64,000 nt of DNA from Myxococcota bacterium (GTDB taxonomy: Bacteria; Myxococcota_A; Polyangia; Nannocystales; Nannocystaceae): contig JBCCHT010000011.1 of NCBI GenBank assembly GCA_039028615.1, positions 1 to 64,000 of the forward strand, read 5' to 3'. The translations under genes and the position numbers were made by a program. Below, piece by piece: positions 59,274 through 64,000 of this stretch; position 1 is the first letter of the stretch; each line of letters opens with the position of its first letter. The notes under the pieces were generated by a model, which saw nothing but the letters and a program-made list of their open reading frames with translations, had not been told where the DNA came from and ran no database searches.

Positions 59274-62045
59274 ATGCCGCTTTCCGTTCAACGGTGTGAT
59301 CCCCATCGCGGAGGTGCCCAGGGCGGGTATTCGGTCGTCCTCACGGGCACCGGATTCGACGCCGAGACCGAGGTCTACTTCGCGGGACGACGCGCCGAGC
59401 GTCGTCGCCAGACCGCCACCCAAGTCGAGGTCCTCGTGCCCCCCTCACGCCGGGTCGGGCCGGTGGACATGATGATCCAAAACGGGTCGGGGATGACCTG
59501 GAACATGTTCCAGGGCTTCACCTACCAACCCGCCGGGCCCGTGATCACCCAGCTGGTCCCCAACGAGTGCATCGCTGGCGACGGCTCCGAGCTGGTGATC
59601 GAAGGCTCCGGTTTCGACGCGGGCGCGGCGGTGTCCGTCGGGGGCACGGTGGCGGTCTTTCAGTATGAGTCGCCGACTCGCCTGCGCGGCACGGTCCCCG
59701 ACAACGTGGTCGGCCGCTGTCGGGTAACGGTCACCAGCCGCCGTAGAGTCTCGGCCGATCAGATCTTGACCGTGAACGGGCCCGAGATTCGCGGCGGGCA
59801 GCTGGGTGAAGGGCCTACGGGCGGCAGGACTCCGGTCACCATCGAGGGCGCGAACTTCCTGCCCACCACTCGCGTCCACGTCGGCAACAACCCGGCCACG
59901 ACCCGCTTCATCGACGCCAACCGGCTGGAGATCGAGACGCCGCCAGGACAGGTCGGCGCCGCACCCATCACCGTCTTCAATGGACAGGTTCGAGTCGCGC
60001 TGCCCGGCGGGTTCGTCTATCGAGCCCCTCAGGTCGAGTCGGCCTCGCCTGCGTATGGCGTGGTGGGAGGCGGCACCGGCATTCGCATCCGAGGCGCGCA
60101 CTTCGACCGTCACCACGTGGACGTCCACGTCGGCGGCGTCCAGGCCACCGACGTGTTCATCGTCGACTCCACCGAGCTCTACGTGCGAGTTCCCCCCGGT
60201 AACGCCCCCGGCCCGGTCGATGTGACCGTGACCCAGCCCGACGGCACCGTTGGCCGCGGGGTGCAGCTTTTCACCTACGGCAACATCGCGGCGCAAGGCA
60301 CCGACGACGTCACCTTCATCATGGACGGCGAAGAGTTCTTCGCGGAGCTCGGGCACCAGATGGCTGCGGTCGCCGCTGCGCCCCCCAACCCCGACACCTA
60401 CGTGCGCCTGGCCTTCTGGAAGATCATTCCCGACATGCCCCTGGCCGATCGCAACGGCTTCGACAACCCCGCGAACACCTTCGTCGAGCGGGTCGGCGAC
60501 GTGATCATGGCGGGCCACGACGTCGATACCATCGTCTGGTACCCCAACTTGAAGGACCGCGGCGGCGACACGGGGAAGCAGCACGCCCGTATTCATCGCG
60601 AGCTGGCCGATGCCATCGCCGCGAAAGACCGCACCGCGGCCGCAGCCGCCACCAGGACGCCAGCCCCGAACCCGCTGCCGGGTCGAGCCCGCGTCTTCCT
60701 CGAGCGCTACGAAGGCTACGTCGGCTCCAGCAACCACCAGAAGATCGCCATCTTCTCCATCGCCGGGCAGCGCACCGTGTACATCGGTGGTTTCAACATC
60801 GACACCAAGTACTGGGACAGCGACGACCACCAGCGTCACGCCAACAACCCCGCGCTGGCCTCGGGCTGGCACGACACCGCCGTCCGCATCCAAGGGCCCG
60901 CCACCGACGACATCGAGGCCGAGTGGATGCGCCGATGGAATCGGGCCGTGGAGATGCAGGCCTCGCTCCTGTCCTTCAACAACCTGCAAAAACAGGTGCG
61001 CTCGCGCTACGTCGGCGTGGGCAAGCGCGCCACCCTCCGCGCCGCTGCCGTGGCGATCCGAGCCAACAACACCGCACAGGCCGCCCCCAACCCGACCACG
61101 GCCGCCGACATCCAGCTCACGCGCTCGACCGCCACGGGCCGATACCGACGGCTCCGCGACGCCCTGCTCGACCGCATCGACGCCGCGCGCCACTACATCT
61201 ACCTCGAGAACTGCCAGCTCTCCGACCCGGAGATCGTGCAGGCGCTGTACGAAGCCATGGAAGACCACCCTGGCCTGCGGGTCATCGTGGTGACCAACTT
61301 GCTGGACAAGGGCGAGGGCTTCATGACGCGACGCTCCTGGCTGCAGCTGGCCCTGCGCTGCCGGACCTGCCCTCCTCGCGAGATCACCTACCTATCCAAG
61401 AAGAAGAAGGACGGCGACGACCCGCTGGAACGCACTCTCCGCCGCCAGGACACCGAGACCTGGAACGTCATCGACTCCTACACGCCATCGACGGGCGCCA
61501 GCATCAAGCCCAAGCAACGATGGCTGCTGGACGATGGCCTCGAGGTCGACAAGACCGACGACGACGGCACCAAGATCATCCCCTTCGAGAACATCACCAG
61601 CGTCGACACCGACTTCCACTTCTATCAGCCCGTGCGATATCGGAACGGGGGGACGACCCGCGTCATGGTGCACTCCAAGCTGGCGATTATCGACGACGAG
61701 TACCTCATCGTCGGCTCGGCCAACTGGACCTATCGCAGCATGCAGTACGACGGCGAGATTGCGGCGTTCACCCACTGTCCCGTCGGCAACGCCCCCACCT
61801 TCGTCACCGCCGCCCGTGATCGGATTCTCGCCCACTACGACGAAGGCTCACCGCTCTACCTCGATCGCGACGGGGACAACTTCGCCGCGATCGCCGTGGA
61901 GAACCTCGAGGGCATCTTTGGGGAGTGGGCGATTCCGCAGAATAGCCACGTGTTCATGCCGATCTTTCACGACGACCTCGACTACACCGAGCGGTATCGG
62001 TCTCCGCCCGATCGGATGGATTGCCCGAGCTATCAGTGGATCTGA
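59274..62045 (+). CDS. Four IPT/TIG domains fused to a phospholipase D (two HKD-type motifs)
   Basis: Four 'P..G..GG..V.I.G..F...FTY' repeats; NHQKIAIFS..GGFN, WHD..RIQGP, YIYLEN, VHSKLAIIDD..GSANW. Confidence 0.88.
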   Translation: MPLSVQRCDPHRGGAQGGYSVVLTGTGFDAETEVYFAGRRAERRRQTATQVEVLVPPSRRVGPVDMMIQNGSGMTWNMFQGFTYQPAGPVITQLVPNECIAGDGSELVIEGSGFDAGAAVSVGGTVAVFQYESPTRLRGTVPDNVVGRCRVTVTSRRRVSADQILTVNGPEIRGGQLGEGPTGGRTPVTIEGANFLPTTRVHVGNNPATTRFIDANRLEIETPPGQVGAAPITVFNGQVRVALPGGFVYRAPQVESASPAYGVVGGGTGIRIRGAHFDRHHVDVHVGGVQATDVFIVDSTELYVRVPPGNAPGPVDVTVTQPDGTVGRGVQLFTYGNIAAQGTDDVTFIMDGEEFFAELGHQMAAVAAAPPNPDTYVRLAFWKIIPDMPLADRNGFDNPANTFVERVGDVIMAGHDVDTIVWYPNLKDRGGDTGKQHARIHRELADAIAAKDRTAAAAATRTPAPNPLPGRARVFLERYEGYVGSSNHQKIAIFSIAGQRTVYIGGFNIDTKYWDSDDHQRHANNPALASGWHDTAVRIQGPATDDIEAEWMRRWNRAVEMQASLLSFNNLQKQVRSRYVGVGKRATLRAAAVAIRANNTAQAAPNPTTAADIQLTRSTATGRYRRLRDALLDRIDAARHYIYLENCQLSDPEIVQALYEAMEDHPGLRVIVVTNLLDKGEGFMTRRSWLQLALRCRTCPPREITYLSKKKKDGDDPLERTLRRQDTETWNVIDSYTPSTGASIKPKQRWLLDDGLEVDKTDDDGTKIIPFENITSVDTDFHFYQPVRYRNGGTTRVMVHSKLAIIDDEYLIVGSANWTYRSMQYDGEIAAFTHCPVGNAPTFVTAARDRILAHYDEGSPLYLDRDGDNFAAIAVENLEGIFGEWAIPQNSHVFMPIFHDDLDYTERYRSPPDRMDCPSYQWI

Positions 62046-62077
62046 GCGCGAGCCGACGAACGCACGTACACGCCGAG

Positions 62078-64000
62078 CTAGAACAACGGGACGTCGCCCG
62101 CCGACGCCGGATCCTCGTCGTCGCCGAGGTTTCCGAAGCTCGGATTGAGGCCGTAGCCCAAGGCCGCCGTGCCCCACCCCCAGCACCGGAGGTTCCCCGC
62201 GGACGTAATCGCACAGCTGCCGTGATCCTTCGATGATAGGCCGATGATGTCGGCACCGATGTCGACGTTGGGCACGCTCGACGCCAGCTCGTCGTCACCG
62301 ACGTCGCCGAGCCCGGGCAGGCCGATGCGCCCTTGATAGGCCTGGCCCCAGCAGCGCAAGTCGTCGTCGAGGGTGCGCACGCAGACGAAGCCCGCTCCGG
62401 CCTCGACATCCGCGACGGCAGCCCCGACCGGCACGAAGGGTACGGAGTTCGGGAGTTCGTCGTCGCCGATGTCGTCCGTGTGGCCGTGCCCCAATGCCCC
62501 CGTCGCGTTGCGGCCAAAGCAGCGCAAGTCCCCGCCCGCGAGCAAGGCACAGGTGTGAGCGTCACCGGTCGCTACGTCCAATGCAGGTCCGCCGATGTCG
62601 ACCGGACCGGCCTCGGCCGGGGTCTCGTCGTCGCCCACGAAAATGGTCTCGGGATGGCCGGTCTGGCCGCTCGTCGCCTGACCCCAACACTGCACCTGGC
62701 CATCGTCCAGCAATACACAGATGTGGCTCCCCCCCATGTGCACACTCTGCGCCGGTCCGCCCACGTCGACCTCGGGCCAGCGGGTGATGGCTTCGTCGTC
62801 GCCGAGGTCCTCGGTGAGACCGGGCAGCCCGAGGTAGTGGTTGGTGTTTTGCCCCCAGCACCGCACCGTGCCGCCCTGCAGCACGGCACAGGTCGAGCGA
62901 TTCCCCGCGGCCACGTAGATCGCAGGCGCCCCCAACGGCACGGGCTCCACGTCCATCGCGGTCTCCAGCAGCCCGCGGCGGTCGGTGTCTCCGAGGCCGA
63001 GCTGCCCGTAGTCGTTCCAGCCGAAGCAACGCAGCTCGCCGCCCGTCAGCAGCACGCAGGTGTGGCCAACCCCCACCGCGACCTGCTCGACGGTGGTCGG
63101 GAGAGGAGTGGTGCCGCGCTCGGCGGGAACGTACACGTGGGCACCATCACCGAAGCCGAGCTGGCCGTCATCGCCGTGGCCCCAACACTTGACTCGATTC
63201 GTCTCCAAGAGCGCACACGAGTGGAACACGCCGTTGGCGACGGCGACCACGGGCGCGGGTACGGTGCAGTACGCCCCGCAGCCGTCGCCGGGATCGAGGT
63301 TGCCGTCCTCGCAGTCCTCCGACGGCGTGTGGTGATAGCCGTCGCCACACTCGTTGAGCTCGCAGTCGGTGCGGCACGGTGACAGCCCATCCCCGTTGGC
63401 GCCGCCGTCGTCACACGCCTCGGCCTCCTGATGGTAGCCGTCGCCACACACGTTGAGGGTGCATGCGGAGGTGCACTCCGAAAACCCGTTGCCGTTGTCC
63501 TCGCCGTCGTCGCAGGCCTCGTCACTCGTGAGCACGTAGCCGTCGCCGCATACATTGAGGCCGCAGTCCTCCCGGCACGTCGAGGTGCCGTCGCCGTTCG
63601 ACGCCCCCTCGTCGCACTCCTCGACGCCGGTCATCACCCGCCCGTCGCCGCAGGTGCCGAGCGTGCAATCGGCCAGGCATGCTCCAGAGTCCCCGTTGTT
63701 CGCTCCCTCGTCGCACTCCTCGATCCCCGCGAGCTCGTGGCCGTCGCCACACACGTTGAGCCGGCAGTCCGAAGTGCACTCCGCGAAGTCGTCGTTGAAG
63801 GGGCCTTCGTCACACTCCTCACCCAGATCGACCACCAGGTTGCCGCACAGCAAAGGGGTGCCGTCGTCCGATGAATCCGGCTCGCTCGCGTTGCCCGAGG
63901 TGCTCGCGTCCCCCGTCCCTGTTCCCGCGCTCGTGGTGCCCGTGCTGACGGGGGTTGTGGGATCGGTGCAGCCAACGACGAGGAGGAACGACGGAATCAG
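62078..64000 (-). CDS. Lipoprotein with Myxococcus Cys-rich (DUF4215-like) repeats and RCC1 repeats; 5' end beyond window
   Basis: Frame open to 64000 (LIPSFLLVVGC lipobox); repeated CGDG..EECD.G; repeated HTCA..G..CWG....GQLG. Confidence 0.9.
   Translation of the reverse strand: MIPSFLLVVGCTDPTTPVSTGTTSAGTGTGDASTSGNASEPDSSDDGTPLLCGNLVVDLGEECDEGPFNDDFAECTSDCRLNVCGDGHELAGIEECDEGANNGDSGACLADCTLGTCGDGRVMTGVEECDEGASNGDGTSTCREDCGLNVCGDGYVLTSDEACDDGEDNGNGFSECTSACTLNVCGDGYHQEAEACDDGGANGDGLSPCRTDCELNECGDGYHHTPSEDCEDGNLDPGDGCGAYCTVPAPVVAVANGVFHSCALLETNRVKCWGHGDDGQLGFGDGAHVYVPAERGTTPLPTTVEQVAVGVGHTCVLLTGGELRCFGWNDYGQLGLGDTDRRGLLETAMDVEPVPLGAPAIYVAAGNRSTCAVLQGGTVRCWGQNTNHYLGLPGLTEDLGDDEAITRWPEVDVGGPAQSVHMGGSHICVLLDDGQVQCWGQATSGQTGHPETIFVGDDETPAEAGPVDIGGPALDVATGDAHTCALLAGGDLRCFGRNATGALGHGHTDDIGDDELPNSVPFVPVGAAVADVEAGAGFVCVRTLDDDLRCWGQAYQGRIGLPGLGDVGDDELASSVPNVDIGADIIGLSSKDHGSCAITSAGNLRCWGWGTAALGYGLNPSFGNLGDDEDPASAGDVPLF

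Noticed and set aside
63250..63853. Repeated ccgtcgccaca/gca units as a CRISPR-like array
   Set aside because: They are degenerate in-frame codons for CGDG Cys-rich protein repeats; there are no identical repeats with spacers and no cas genes.

Overview
High-GC myxobacterial (Myxococcota) chromosome segment. The 16S 5' end and the many lipoproteins, Ser/Thr kinases and Cys-rich repeat proteins suggest a Nannocystaceae-like organism (inference). It starts with the 5' ~875 nt of a minus-strand 16S rRNA gene with two tandem sigma70-type promoters. Housekeeping genes follow (ClC-CBS-TrkA_C, gatCAB, RND pair, aqpZ, nudL-queG, thioesterases, sterol desaturase family), interspersed with about 17 predicted lipoproteins. 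Most notable are three dispersed, mutually homologous effector-like cassettes (20675-23467 +, 27842-29349 -, 57690-62045 +). They share parts: a helical adaptor-like protein, a small beta-sandwich and a LysM/beta-sandwich/peptidoglycan-binding carrier. Their cargoes differ: a flavoprotein-like+HhH domain, a TIGR02996/LRR-like protein, and a 4xIPT-phospholipase D. All three are preceded by GTGGCGTA, and no vgrG/hcp/PAAR gene is in the window. Also noted: a divergent 16S 790 loop at the window edge, an XRE + Zn-ribbon/glycine-zipper pair with a palindromic operator, and a macro/PARG-like protein. No CRISPR, tRNA or mobile element was recognised. All family calls come from motif recognition by eye, not database searches.
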